DNA of 64,000 nt from Camelus ferus (GCF_009834535.1 NC_045697.1:36334001-36398000); one strand, 5' to 3'; shown: positions 1 through 13,245, numbered from the stretch's first letter. Notes: generated by a model not told the origin, from the sequence alone. Made by a program: numbers and translations.

Positions 1-4
1 ACGG

Positions 5-900
5 TGACATAATAAGAAACATGTATTTGGTCTCTGCCCCCAGTTCCTGGCACAGAGCTCCTAAAACCTTTACAATTTCCTGAGCAATAAGGGTGCCAGG
101 AGCAGCTTTTGTTCTGATATTTGGTCTTTGCCCCTGGTATATAGAACTCCTAAATCCCTTGTAATTTCCTACATGATAGGAGCATCTTTTGCTCCAATGA
201 AATTCACACTTGGTGGGTCCCTGGGTAGCTCCTGGATGGGGGCTGGTCATCAGAAAGACCAAGCCATGAGTAGAAGCTTGGAACTTTCAGTCTCATCCCC
301 CTTCTCCATCTTCCTGGGAGGGGAGAAGGCTAGAGATTGAGTTAATAATTAATCATGCCTACATTATGAAGTCTCCATAAAAATTCCTAAAGTATAGAGT
401 TTAGAGAGTTTTTGGTTGGTAAACACATCAATGTCCTGGGAGAAAGGCACACCCCAACTCCATGGGGACAGAAGCTCCTGCTCTTGGGATCCTTTTAGAC
501 TTCACACTATGCACCTCTTAATCTGGCTGTTCATTTGCAAAATTTGTAATTTCATTTATAATAAACTGGTAAACTTAAATGTTTCCCTGAGTATTGTGAG
601 CCATTATAGAAAATTATGGGACCCAAGAAGGGGGTCATAGGAACCCTGATTTACAGCCACCTGGTCAGAAGTAGGAGAGCTCAGGCTTGCAACTATGTCC
701 AAAGTTGGGGGTAATCTTGTGGGACTGAGCCCATTACTGTGAGGTCTGTGCTAACTGCATTTAGTTAGTGTCATGATTGAATTGTAGGACACACAGTAGA
801 GAGTTGGACGATTGCTTGGTGTGGGAAAAACCTCTATGCATTTGGTGTCAGAAGTGTTAAGAGTAGAGTATCAAAGAAATCAGAGGTGTTTTTTCAAACA
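5..900 (+). mobile_element. MER21-like ERVL LTR (solo LTR)
   Basis: Starts TGACATAATAAGAAACATGTATTTGGTCTCTGCCCCCAGTTCCTGGCACAGAGCTCCTAAAACC, which resembles the recalled MER21 consensus start. Internal AATAAA near 560; ends near ...AAACA at about 900. Confidence 0.7.
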
Positions 901-1854
901 TGCTTCACAATTTTCCCTCTCAGGAAAAATCCTAAGAAAAATCTTCCTAATCTGTAAACAACACTCAGGTCTGACCGTAGGGAATCACCTTTTTCTGCCT
1001 CTCCCCTCACTCTTCATCCAAATGATATCACCAACACTTTTGCAAGTGACAAATCAGGACCTCCCAGGATGCCGGTGAAGTCAGGAACGGACCTAAATGG
1101 GTCGTCACATTTCCAAGCCTAGCCATCTAGCTTGGGACCTAACAGACTCACTAGAGGACCGAGAAGGTAAAACCTAAATTTGTCACGGCACAAGCAGACA
1201 TACTGTTATTTAGGTTAGCTAAACTTGATCTGTTATTGAAAAGATATTTTGAAATTTATTATCTCACAAAGAAAATGAATTCTACCTATTAAAAGCTACT
1301 TTGGCAACTAATAAAACACTATACCTACTCTTCATTGCAAAGACAGATAAAATTTAAAACGAATGCAATGTTTACCTGGGAAATCTTAAGTGGCTTTATA
1401 AGTCATTTATATTTTATTTAAAAGTCATTTTCAAGTTGGATTTTTTAATTTAGAAATGTAAATTCTACCTAAATAAATAACTGGAGAGAGATAATACATA
1501 TATATTTATAAAGTACGTTTTTTAGAAAGTATAAACACAGCTGCTTCTTCTACTGCGCAGTTTACTATCATTTTATGACCACAATAAATTATGGTCAATA
1601 AAAGATTTTCTTTGTGACAATTAGCATAAAAACATCAGATATACATTGTAGAAACAATGGGGTTTAAAGAAAAATACTGTTAAACATTATCACACAGTAA
1701 GTAAAAAAGACAGAAAAATTTTTCTAAGTAACAGTTTCATTCATCCTTAATAAATTTTAATTTAGAAAAACAAATTCTAGGTAAGAATATATTAAAAGCA
1801 TTACTTGCAGAAAATAAACTGGCATTTGACATAGTTATGGCTCAGCTAAAAGAA

Positions 1855-2095
1855 TAATAACTACTGTTTGTTGAGCATTAACTATATGTGGAGCACTGCA
1901 CTTAGATATATGCATATAATCTCACTGAATCCTAACAATAACCCTATGAGATGGTGGGATGGTGTACAGCTCAGTGGAAGAGTGCATGCTTAGCATGCAC
2001 GAGGTCCTGGGTTCAATCCTCAGTAACTACTCTAAAATAAATTTTTTTTAAACACTATGAGATAGGCATTTTCTTCCCATTTAGATAAGGAAATT
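1855..2095 (-). mobile_element. MIR SINE fragment, interrupted by a Vic-1 SINE
   Basis: TTGTTGAGCATTAACTATATG...AATCCTAACAATAACCCTATGAGAT...CCCATTTAGATAAGGAAA is the reverse-orientation MIR core. Confidence 0.65.
1953..2050 (+). mobile_element. Camelid tRNA-derived SINE (Vic-1-like)
   Basis: A-box/B-box body CAGCTCAGTGGAAGAGTGCATGCTTAGCATGCACGAGGTCCTGGGTTCAATCC with an A/T tail. TSD AACCCTATGAGAT (1940-1952) / AACACTATGAGAT (2051-2063). Confidence 0.85.
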
Positions 2096-3523
2096 ATATC
2101 AAACTTTCTTGCTATGCTATAGAGGAATTCTTTACCGACTACCACCAAATTAAGTAAACCTACACTTCGATGAAAAGAAAAGCAAAGCTACTTTTATAAG
2201 TGAATATGTTCATTAATAAAATCATAAATGCATCCATGCTCACATTAAACTTCTTTTCCATATTTTATACTTGAAATGGAAACAGAATTATTTGTTAATT
2301 AGCACACATGCACTGAATGCCTAAAACACAGACTATGATGTTGGACCTTGGTGAAAAAGGAGAGAAAAAGGAGATTAGAAGATGTTTTATCCTCTTTGGC
2401 TTTTAAAAACATTCACTGTTAATAAATACTAGATTTTAAAACAATAAATAAATAAGTACTAGATTTCCCCAATAATAAGCAAAAGTTTCTCTTTTGAGAA
2501 CATAATATTATCTCTCTGCCATTTTCTGGAGCCTAAGTCTCCAGAATAAGACCTAAATCTTATGAATAGTACTCAGATCTCTTGCTGACTGGTCATTAAA
2601 TCGCCAGAACAACTGAGCCAAGAGATGGCAGTAAGTAGAAGGAATGCAGTAACCTGTGTTTAATTATACATTTCCAAGACCGGGTTTTCTTTCTTCACCA
2701 AGGTTGTCTATAGTGTTACTTAGATCATGAAGTCAACATTGAAGTTCAGTGATGGAGGCTGGATAGAGAGAGAGGTAGAAATGAGTCTCCAAAGAAATAC
2801 ACAGCTCTCAGCACTGGCTGAGATTTGCATTAGGTGGCTCTCAAGCCCTTTGGAAAAAGCCAGATGTTGTCCTCGTGCTCGAAATAAACTCAGATGGTCT
2901 ACTTTGACATCAAAGTCTGTAAAACGGGCAGCTCAGTGTATATTATGACTTGTTACAATAACGAATGAGTGTATACTAGATAAAATAAGCCTGTTCATAA
3001 ACAAAGAACAATTACCATGGCCAGTGTATAAGTTGGCCTATGCTAAAACAGTAACTTTAAGGACCCAGAAATGACTAAGAACACAGTGCTGGGTAGGGCA
3101 ATGTGCAATTATGATAAAGGTAGGGTTTTAGTATTTTAAATATTACTTCTTGTTTTTTAATTCTTTTTCCATTTACTGAAAGAACTTTACCAAGTACCAT
3201 GGTCACAATCTGAGGCAGTCTAACATGGAAGAAGTTTCCAAAAATAAATATAAGATGGCATAGAATTAATACTGTGTCAAGTTTCCTCAGAAACTTCTAG
3301 TGAGTTGAAGGCCCATCATTCTTGGGAGAAAACTGCTATGCCTTGTTTCAAAACATTTTGTGAGATTTTGGTGCTGGAGACCCACTTTACAGAATAGCAG
3401 TGGTGGGCAGCAGGGGTGAGGAGGCCATCCAGGTGGCAGGGCAGAGGGGAGGGAAGGAGGTTGCAGCAGTGGAAGTAACAACTTTAATTATTAATATCCC
3501 AAGAAGTTTCCATAGCAACATAC

Positions 3524-3699
3524 CTGGAGAAGGAGTCTTTCAAAAGCCAGAAAGTTGTCCCACTTGGCAGCCTGCGGGTGTTTAAGGGTTTGAACGGTGG
3601 CCAGTCCAAGCTGCAGGAGCCCACAGTGATTCCCTAGAGCTTTGAGGTTGTTCTTGAAGAGTTGAATATAAGAGGTGAGTTGCCCTGGAGTGACTCTCC
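3524..3699 (-). CDS. SCFD2: SCFD2 internal coding exon (probably exon 4), 176 nt
   Basis: Acceptor TTTTTCCAG|GG, donor CAG|GTATGT. Encodes (G)RVTPGQLTSYIQLFKNNLKALGNHCGLLQLGLATVQTLKHPQAAKWDNFLAFERLLLQ, recognised as SCFD2. Phase matches the upstream exon (ATG G|GG AGA). Confidence 0.95.
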
Positions 3700-4207
3700 C
3701 TGGAAAAATATATAATTTATCAGTGTACCCTCTTCTGGGAGTGGTAAAAATGAGAAGAATGCCATAATAATACTCCTGCCTTACATCAGCACAGAACTTC
3801 AGAGCTTTCCTAAACTTTTCTAAGCTATTGTAATTCTTACAACAACATGGTGACAACAGCAACCTTGAAACTACTAACTACATTTTGCAAGCAAGAAAAC
3901 AGATGTTAAGTGATCTTGCCAAGGCCATATTGCTAGTAGAGTTCATTTCAGAATTCTGCAATACCCCATAAATAAGCTCTCAAGTAAAGTCATATGAATA
4001 AACATTTGTTTAGCTCAACACGGAGTATCTCTCCAAGACATATGATGCAGCAATCTAAGAGGCAAAAAGACAAGATTTCTAATTGTGTGTGTATGTATAT
4101 AAACAGGAGAAATTTGTTATGATTATAGCTAAAACTTTATCACTGTTATCTGTGGGTTCATGACAATGTTTATGAGCATAAAAGCTGGCTGTTACATGGA
4201 ACAAAAA

Positions 4208-4286
4208 TTGATAACTATGTAAGTTTAAAAAGCTAAAGCTCTAAACTGTTCTTAGAAACAATGAACAGTACATATATGTAAATTTT
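4208..4286 (+). repeat. 79-bp unique intronic segment duplicated at 35174-35251
   Basis: TTGATAACTATGTAAGTTTAAAAAGCTAAAGCTCTAAAC(T)GTTCTTAGAAACAATGAACAGTACATATATGTAAATTTT is identical in both places except for one T indel. Confidence 0.95.
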
Positions 4287-5214
4287 AATTAATTAATTAA
4301 TTAAAATGGCAAAAATAATGTATGGAGAACTACGGTGGTAAAAACACTGGAAGATGAGATATCAGAAGAAAGGATTTGGTACGGGTGACATAGCACATTT
4401 ACTACAATGGTCACCTAGATCTGGAGTGAGACTAGAGAATATACCAAAAAAAAAAAACCCAAAAAACAAAACAAACAAACAAAATAACACCTGTTGATGA
4501 CTCACTCCTTCACAGGCTCTAAGTCCAACTTTTGCCCATAGAAGTCTTTCCAGTTAGTCACTTCCCACTCTAATGTGTCAAATTTCATTCCTGCCATTCA
4601 TTAGTGCTACGTACAAAACTTCTGAACACCATAGATTCTCCCCCATGGATTAAAAGATGGCACTGAGGTCAAACATAGACGCCAGTCAAGTAAATCTCTC
4701 CTACACATCTTACTCACACCATGGGTGTGGTTCACTCTCCTGTGCCTGAAATCCAAGTTTGATTTGTTGTATCTAAGTTTGTTAATATTTGGCAATGGAA
4801 CCACCTGTATTTATTTAGCACTTTCCTATTTATACAGTATAAACATGCCCTCTTCTGATTTTCATAGCAATTCTATGGGGTAGCAAATAAGTGAGAGTTT
4901 AGTGTCTCACACAGTGCTAAACGGCATTTGTCACTTAAGTAATGGTTTACTACAGGTTATATACACAAAAAATAAAGACTTTGTCACAAGAAACTCTTAA
5001 GCCTACAACATATTCTATCTTTTCATTACATATTTTGAAGAGATTAAGAATTTTGAAGTGCCTTATTACCAGCTTATCAGGGTGAGCATGTAAAGAATAA
5101 GATCAATGGGAATGATGAGCAGGGAGCTGAGTCTCACTAGTTTCTTTGGTCCCTTGGTATCATTCCCGATACTCAAAGCAGGAAGCTAATTACGTACTAA
5201 TAGAAAAGAGCCTC

Positions 5215-5550
5215 TAAAAAACAAAAACAAAAACAAACAAACAAAAACAAAGCATAAATACAGGACAGAAATAGACTCACAGACAGAGAATACAGACTTG
5301 TGGTTACCAGGGGGTGGAGGATGGGAAGGGATAGCCTGGGATTTCAAAATTGTAGAATAGATAAACAAGATTACACTGTATAGCACAGGGAAATATACAC
5401 AAAATGTTATGATAACTCACAGAGAAAAAAATGTGACAATGAGTGTGTATATGTCCATGAATGACTGAAAAATTGTGCTGAACACTGGAATTTGACACAC
5501 TGTAAAATGATTATAAATCAATAAAAAATGTTAAAAAAAAAAAAAAAAAA
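5215..5550 (+). mobile_element. 5'-truncated young LINE-1 (3'UTR plus polyA)
   Basis: About 5 substitutions in ~290 bp versus the 3'UTR of the L1 at 55390-55684. AATAAA and polyA present; perfect 13-bp TSD AGAAAAGAGCCTC (5202-5214 / 5551-5563). Confidence 0.95.
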
Positions 5551-5589
5551 AGAAAAGAGCCTCATTAACCCTTTCTTTGCTTGGTTTTG

Positions 5590-5953
5590 AGTCAGGTTGA
5601 TTAACATATAATTTACATACAGTAAAATTCACCCTTTTCTGGTGTACAGTTCTATGAATTTTGACAAATGCATATATAATTCGGTAAGCACTGTCAATCA
5701 AGATATAGCCTATTTCCATCACTCCAAAAAGTTCCCCCTTTGTAATCAACTCTCTTTCCCCACTCCTAGCCCTTGGTGAACACTTATCTGCACTTATTTG
5801 TTTTCTGTCCTATAGTATTGCCTTTCCAGAATGTTCTATAAATGGAATCATATAGTACACAGCCTTTTGAGTCTTGCTTCTTTCATTTTAATATAAATAC
5901 ATAAGGTATTTGATGCTCACTCATGTTGCCACTTGTATTAGTAGATTGCTCCC
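5590..5953 (-). mobile_element. Ancient L1M (L1MB/MC-like) 3' end, left part; continues at 12694-13245
   Basis: ATATAATTTACATACAGTAAAATTCACCC...AATGGAATCATATAG is typical of an L1M 3'UTR in reverse orientation. The sequence resumes across the inserted full-length L1. Confidence 0.7.
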
Positions 5954-5959
5954 TTTTTT

Positions 5960-8900
5960 AAAAATTGAAGTATAGTCAGTTACAATGTGTCAATTTCTGG
6001 TGTACAGCACAATGTCCCAGTCATATATATACATACATATATTTGTTTTCATATTCTTTTTCATTAAAGATATTGAATAGTTTCCTGTGTTATACAGAAA
6101 AAAATTGGTTTTTATCTGTTTTTATATATAGTGGTTAATATTTGTAAATCTCAAACTCCCAAATTTATCCCTTCCAATCCTCTTTCCCCAGTAACCATAA
6201 GATTGTTTAATATGTCTGCAAGTCTGTTTCTGTTTTGTAGATGAGTTCACTAATGTCCTCTTTTTTTCTTCTTTTAGATTCCACATATAAGTGATATCAT
6301 ATGGTATTTTTTGTTCTCTTTCTGGCTTACTTCACTTAGAATGATGATCTCTAGGTCCATCCATGTTGCTGCAAATGACATTATTTTATTCTTTTTATGG
6401 CTGAGTAGTATTCCATTATATAAATATACCATAGCTTCTTTATCCAGTCATTGTTGATGGACATTTAGGTTGCTTCCATGTCTTGGCTATTGTATACAGT
6501 GCTTCTATAAACATTGCAGTGCATGTATCTTTTCAATTTAGAGCTCCCTCTGGATATATGCCCAGGAGTGGGATTGCTGGATCATATGGTAAGTCTATTT
6601 TTAGGTTTTTGGGGAATCTTCATACTATTTTCCATAATGGCTGCACCAAACTACATTATCACCAACAATGTAGGAGGGTTCCCTTTTCTCCACACTTTCT
6701 CCAGCATTTATTGTTCGTGGACTTTTTAACAACTGGTGTGAGGTGACACCTCATTGTAGTTTTGATTTGCATTTCTCTGACAATTAGCGATACTGAGCAG
6801 TTTTCATGTGTTTATTGGCCATTTGTATGTCTTCATTAGAGAATTGCTTGTTTAGGTCTTCTGCCCACTTTTAGATTGGGTTGTTTGTTTTTTGTTATTA
6901 AGTTGTATGAGCTGTTTATATATTCTGAAAATTAAGTCTTTGTCAGTTGCATCATTTGCAAATAATTTCTCTCATTCCATAGGTCATTGTTTTATTTTAC
7001 TTATGGTTACCTTTGGTGTGCAAAAGCTTGTAAGTTTAATTAGGTATCATTTGTTTATTTTTGCTTTTATTTCTATCACCTGGGTAACTGCCCTAGGAGA
7101 ACTCTGCTAAGATTTATGTCAGAGGATGTTTTGCCTGTTTTCTTCTAGGAACTTTATTATGTCTTGTCTTATATTTAAGTCTTAAGCCATTTTGAGTTTA
7201 TTTTTTGTGTATAGTATGAGGGAGTGTTCTAACTTCATTAATTTACGTGTGGCTGTCCAGTTTTCCCAACACCACTTACTGAAGAGACTTTTTCTCCATT
7301 GTATATTCTTGCCTCCTTTGTCAAAGATTAATTGACCATAGGTCTGTGGGTTTATTTCTGGGCTCTCTATTCTGTTGCATTGATCCGTATGTCTGTTTTT
7401 ATGTCAATACCATGCTGTTTTGATTACTGTAGCTCTGTAGTATTGCATGAAGTCTGGGAGGGTTATTCCTCCAGCTTCATTCTTTTTCTTCAGTTATTGC
7501 TTTGGCAATTCTGGGTCTTTTCTGATTCCATATAAATTTTAGGACTATTTTTTCTTGTTCTGTGAAAAATGTCCTGCATAATTTGATAGGGATTGTATTA
7601 AATCTGTAGATTGCCTTTGGCAGTATGGCCATTTTAACAATACTGACTCTTCCAATCCAAGAGCATAGGATATCTTTCCATTTCTTTAAGTCATCATTAA
7701 CTTCCTTAATCAATGTTTTGCAGTTCTCCATGTATAAATCTTTCACCTCCTTGGTCAGATTTATTCCTAAATATTTCATTATTTTGGATGCAATTTTAAA
7801 AGGGATTATTTCTTTACTTTCTTTTTTTGATATTTCACTGTTAGTGTAAAGAAATGCAACTGATTTGTTATGTTAATCTTGTATTCTGCTACCTTGCCAA
7901 ATTCTTTTATCAGCTCTAGTAGTTTTTGTATAGAGCTTTTAGGGTTTCCTATATATAGTATAATGTCATCCACATATAGTGACAGTTTTATCTCTTCTCT
8001 TCCAATTTGAATCTCTTTTATTTCTTTTTCTCGCCTGATTGCTGTGGCTAGGACTTCCAAGACTATGTTGAATAGAAGTGGTGAGAGTGGGCATCCTCAT
8101 CTTGTTCTCGATTTTAGTGGGAAGGCTTTTCAGTTTTTCAGCATTGAGTATTATGCTGGCTGTGGGTTTGTCATAAATAGCTTTTATTATGTTGAGATAT
8201 ATTCCCTCTATACCCACTTTGGTAAGAGTTTCTATCATAAGTGGGTGTTGAATTTTAACAAATGCTTTTTCTAAGTCTATCGAGATGATCATGTAATTTT
8301 TGTCCTTTCTCTTATTGATCTGGTGTATCACATTGATTTGCATATGTTGAACCATCCTTGTGTCCCTGGGATGAATCCAACTTGATCATGGTGTATTATC
8401 TTTTTTAATGTGCTGTTGGATTCTGTTTGCTAATATTTTGTTGAGGATTTTTGCATTGATGTTCATCAATGATATTGACCTGTAATTTTCTTTTTTCGTA
8501 GTGTCTTTGTGTCTTTGTCTGGTTTTGGTATCAGGGTGAAGGGGGCTTCACAGAATGAGTTTGGGAGTACTCCCTCCTTTTCAATCTTTTGGGAGAGTTT
8601 GAGAAGGATCGGTAAGAGTTCTTCTCAGTATGTTTGGTAGAATTCCCCAGACAAGCCATCTGGTCCTGGACTTTTATTTGTAGGGAAGTTTTTTATTGCT
8701 GATTCTATTTCATTTCTAGTGATTGGTCTGTTCAAGTGGTCTATTTCTTCCTGATTCAGTCTTGGTGGACTGTACCTTTCCAGAAACTTGTCCATTTCTT
8801 CTAAGTTGTCCAATTTGGTTCCATACAGTTGTTCATAGTATCATCTTATGGTTTTTTTGTATATCTGTGGTATTGGTTGTAATCTCTCCATTTTCCTGTT

Positions 8901-11900
8901 TTATTTTATTTGTGTTATCTCTCTATTCTTCTTGATGAACCTGGCAAAAGGTTTGTCAATTTTGTTTACTCCTTCAAAAAACAAGCTCTTGGTTTTACTG
9001 ATTTTTTTTTCTATTGTTTTTATCTCTATTTTATTTATTTCCTTCCTGATCTTTATTATTTCCTTTCTTCTGCTGAGTTTAGGTTTTGTTTGCTGTTCTT
9101 TTTCTAATTTTTTTAGGTGATAGGTTAGGTTGTTTACTTGAGATTGTTCTTGTTTTTTGAGGAAGGCCTGTATCACTATGAATTTCTCTGTTAGGACTGC
9201 TTTTGCTGCACTGCATAGATTTTGCATGGTTGTGTTTTCATTATCATTTGTCTAAAAGTATTTTTTAATTTATTCTTTGATTTCATCATTAACCCACTGG
9301 TTTTTTCATAGTGTGTTGTTTAATCTCCACACTATCATTTTTAATCCTTTGTTTTTCTGTGGTTGATCTCTAGTTTCATGGCATTGTGGTCATAAAAGAT
9401 GCTTGAAATAATTTCTACCCTCTTAAATTTGCTGAGGCTTCTTTTGTGCCCAAGTATGTGGTCTATCCTAGAAAATGTTCCATAAGCACTTGAGAAGAAT
9501 GTATATTCTGTTTTTCAGGGATGTAATGTTCTAAAAATATCAATCAAGTCCAACTGTTCTGTTGTGTCATTTAATATCTCCATTGCCTTATTGATTTTCT
9601 GTCTGGAAGATCTGTCCTATGATGTAAATAAGTATTAAAGTCTCCTACTCATTTCTCCCTTTATATGTCTTAGTATTTGCTTTATGTATTTAGGTGCTCC
9701 TATGTTGGGTGCATATATGTCAATGAGTGTAATATCCTCATCTTGTATTGCTCCTTTAATCATTATATAGTGTCCTTCTTTAAGATCTTCCTTTATGGCC
9801 TTTGTTTTAAAGTCTATTTTGTCTGAAATTAGTATTGCTACTCCTGCTTTCTTGTCCTTTCCATTTGCATGAAATATCTTTTTCCGTCCTCTCACTTTCA
9901 ATCTACATGTGTCCTTCACCCTAAAGTGGGCCTCTTGTATACAGCATATTGTAGGTTCTTGTTTTATTATCCAATCTGCCACTCTGTGTCTTTTGATTGG
10001 AGCATTTAGTCCATTGACATTTATGGTAATTATTGATAGATGGGTGTTTATTGCCATTTTGAAGTTAGTTTTCCAGTTGACTTCATATTTCCTCTTTGTT
10101 CCTTTCTTTTTTCTTTTTGTGGTTTGATACTTTTCTTTTGTATTATCTTGGTTTCTTTTTGGTTTTTGTGACTCTATTGTATGCTTTTGACTTGTGGTTA
10201 CCCTGTTTTTCAAGTATATTAACCCATTACTATACCTGTTTGCTTTAAACTGATAGTCATATAAGCTCAAACACATCCTAAAAAGAACAAGAAAAAAAGC
10301 CTCTATTTCCTGCTCCTCTCTTTCACCTTTTATGATTTTGATGTCCTCTTTTACATCTTCATGTTTATTCTATTGTAACTCATTATAGTTACCGCATTTC
10401 CAGTTACGGTTTTCTCCTTTCTATAGCATCCTGCTTCTTTTCTATTTAGAGTGGACCTTTCAATATTTTTTTTAGCATAGATTTAGTATTGCTGAATTCT
10501 TTTAGTTTTGTTTGTCTATGAAATTCTTTCTCTCTCTTTCTATTCTAAAGGATAGTCTTGCTGAATAGAGTATTTTAGGTTGCAGCTTTTTCTCATTCAG
10601 GACTTTGAATATACCTTGCCACTCCCTTCTGGCCTGCAATGTTTGTGTTGAGAAATCAGCTGAAAGCCTTTATATTATATTGTCTTGGTGTAGGTCTATT
10701 TGGGTTCTTCTTGTTTGGGACCCTCTGTGCTTCCCGTACTTGGATATTTGATTCCTTCTTTAGGTTTGGGAAGTTTTCAGTCATGATTTCTTCAAATATC
10801 TTTTCAATCCCTTTTTCTCTTTCTTCTCCTTCAGGGACTCCTATTATGCAAAGATTGGGATGCTTTATATTATCCCATAGGTCCCTTATATGCTTTCATT
10901 AGTTTTCACTTGCTTTTCTGTTTGTTGTTCTGATTAGGTGATTTCTGTTATCCTGTCTTCTAAGTCACTTATTCATCCCTCTGAATTATCTAGTCTGCTT
11001 TTCACTGCCTTTAGCTTGGCTCTTATCTCAGCCATTGAGTTTTCTGTTTTTAATTGGCTACTTTTTATAGTTTCTATTTCCTTTTTATAGTATTCTGCAT
11101 GCTTATTCATAGTCTCTCTTATTTCCTTCAGTTATTTTATCATCCCCTTTTTGAAGTCATGATCTAGTTGACTATCATGGTCTATTTCATTGATCATTCT
11201 TTCAGGGGACTTCTCTTATTCATTTAATTAGGAGTAGTTCGTTTGCTTCTTCATTTTACTAATATCTCTCTGGCACTACCGATTATGGAGTATCAGTTAT
11301 CTTGTGGTCTTGAAGGGCTTTTTTTTTTTTTTTTTTTTTACAGAGGATGCCTTCCTGTGCAGACTGTGTGCCTCTAATAATTTTGTTGAGAGGTCTGTTG
11401 TTAGTATGAATGGTGTGTGTTGGCTGTTATCTCTTTGATTGGGGGTGTGGCGAGTGTTCTGGTGATCAGAGCCTGTCCTGGTTAATGAGCAGGGCCTCCT
11501 TTTCATTCTGTGGTTGTCACAGCCCTGACAGGGGCTGGGCCTGTCCCCCTTTAGTTGTAATGGAAGCTTCCAGACTTGTTTCTGAGCCGTGGTGCACAGT
11601 AAGCACGGTTGGAGCACTTCAAGTACTCTTTGTTGATGCTGCTCTTGTCCCTGCTTTAGCCATGGGAGTGTCACTATTCTGCTCTGGTGTCCCCCAGGTT
11701 CTCTGCCCTCAGAGGTGCAAGTGTAGATCCACCAACATCTGGGTCACACATCTGGAGCATGGTGTGCTACTGGGTCAAAGCCATCCCCAGCTCTGCTTCT
11801 GTATAGGGTACACAGATCCTCTGAAAACTCTGCACTTGCACTTGCCCCTGCTGTGTGCCAGACACCATTCCTTGCTCATTTGTCTTAGAGGCACAGGTCC

Positions 11901-12690
11901 ACAAAGGCACCTTCAGAGCAAATTGATCCCCTCTGCCTGGGCTGTAAACAAATTTCAGTCCTGCCTATGATGTTGCAGAGGCCCTGCATATGGATTCAGG
12001 TTTTAACTCCCCTCTGCCTGGGAGCCACGCACCAGTGAATATGGTGGCTATGGCTGAACCTTGCCTCTCTTCTCACAAGAACACAGTGGCTATGGCCCAG
12101 CTGCATTGCTCCCCTCCCCTCAACATGCATCAGCAGTATTGCTTTATTTATAGGGGGCCCAGGCTATGCTGTTCTGTATAAACTCCTACCCACAGCCCAC
12201 ACCACATTCCTGCCCCCTGAGGCTGCCTCCGTGCAGTCAGCCCTGGGCCTCTAACTGGCTTGAGCAACCAGTCCTGGGCCACCCTTGCTGGCTCACATCT
12301 AGAGCTGGTGATCGCAGGGACCCTTTGTGCCAGTTTCTCTCAGTTCTTTTGGCCAAGTGGCTGCTGTGCACTCTGACCCTCAGAGGTTCCCCCTCCATCC
12401 CTGCTGACCTCTCTGTTGGAAAGGGGGTGTCCCAGTGTAAGAGCACGATTACTCCTTTGCCACTCCCTCCCCACAAGACAGGCCCCCCCACCAATTTCCT
12501 TTTTCATCTTTTTTTTTTCTCCTACCAGATTTTGGAAGGAATTTTGTCTTTTGAAGTGGGTGATGTTCTGTCAAAGTTCAGCAGGTGCTCTGAGTGAATG
12601 GGTGGGTCCATGGATGTCTCTCTTGGTGTATTCATGGGAGAGAGTGAGCTAAGAGCTAAGAGCTACACTGCCATCTTGGCAACCCCTCCA
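5960..12690 (-). mobile_element. Older full-length LINE-1, decayed (sense to SCFD2)
   Basis: The 5' end (CCAAGATGGC near 12670-12679) is homologous to the young L1 5'UTR. ORF1 remnant at ~10450-11265. ORF2 fragments in many frames ([11 protein letters not shown]...; [25 protein letters not shown]). 3'UTR and tail at ~5960. Degenerate TSD TGCTCCCTTTTT / TGCTTCTTTTT. Multiple stops, frameshifts and internal deletions. Confidence 0.92.
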
Positions 12691-12693
12691 ACC

Positions 12694-13245
12694 TGCTTCT
12701 TTTTCTTGCTGAGTAATAACCTATTGTATGAATGTGCCATAGTTTATTTAGCCATTTATTTATCCATTTACCAGTTAATAATGGTTTGGCTTGCTTCCAA
12801 TTTTTAGAAATTATGAATAAAACCTTCACAGACATCCTTGCATGAGTTTTTATGTATATATGTGTCTGTGGACATATGGTTTCATTTTTCTTAAATAAAT
12901 TTCTAGGGTTGCTGGGTCATATGCTAAGTGTATGTTTAACTTTATAGGAAACTGACAAACTAATTTCCAAAGTGAGCTGTCCCACCAGCAACAGATGAGA
13001 GTTCTTTTGCCTCACATCCTCACTAGCACTTGGTATTGCCAGTTATTTTGGTTTTAGCCATTCTAATAGTTATCTAGAAACATCTCATTGTGGTTTCAAT
13101 TTGTATTTTTCTAATGATTAATAATGTTAGTCATCTTTTCATGTGCTTATTTGTCACCCTATATCTTTTTTGGTGAAGTGTCCATTCAGATTGTTTTGCT
13201 CATTTTTATTAGGTTGTTTATTTTCTTATTATTGAGTTGTGAGTC
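12694..13245 (-). mobile_element. Ancient L1M fragment, right part of the host element split by the full-length L1
   Basis: TTGCTGAGTAATAACCTATTGTATG...CATCTCATTGTGGTTTCAATTTG is an L1 ORF2 3' end in reverse orientation. Confidence 0.7.

Noticed and set aside
1953..2030. tRNA gene
   Set aside because: It has A/B boxes but also an A-rich tail, TSDs and sibling copies at 20242 and 41843. This is a tRNA-derived SINE.
3491..3862. 123-aa minus-strand ORF as a standalone gene
   Set aside because: Only 3699-3524 is SCFD2 exon, bounded by AG/GT. The rest is intronic read-through.
11410..12807. Long plus-strand ORFs (186, 143 aa and others)
   Set aside because: They are antisense to the GC-rich 5'UTR of the decayed L1, with no recognisable protein family.
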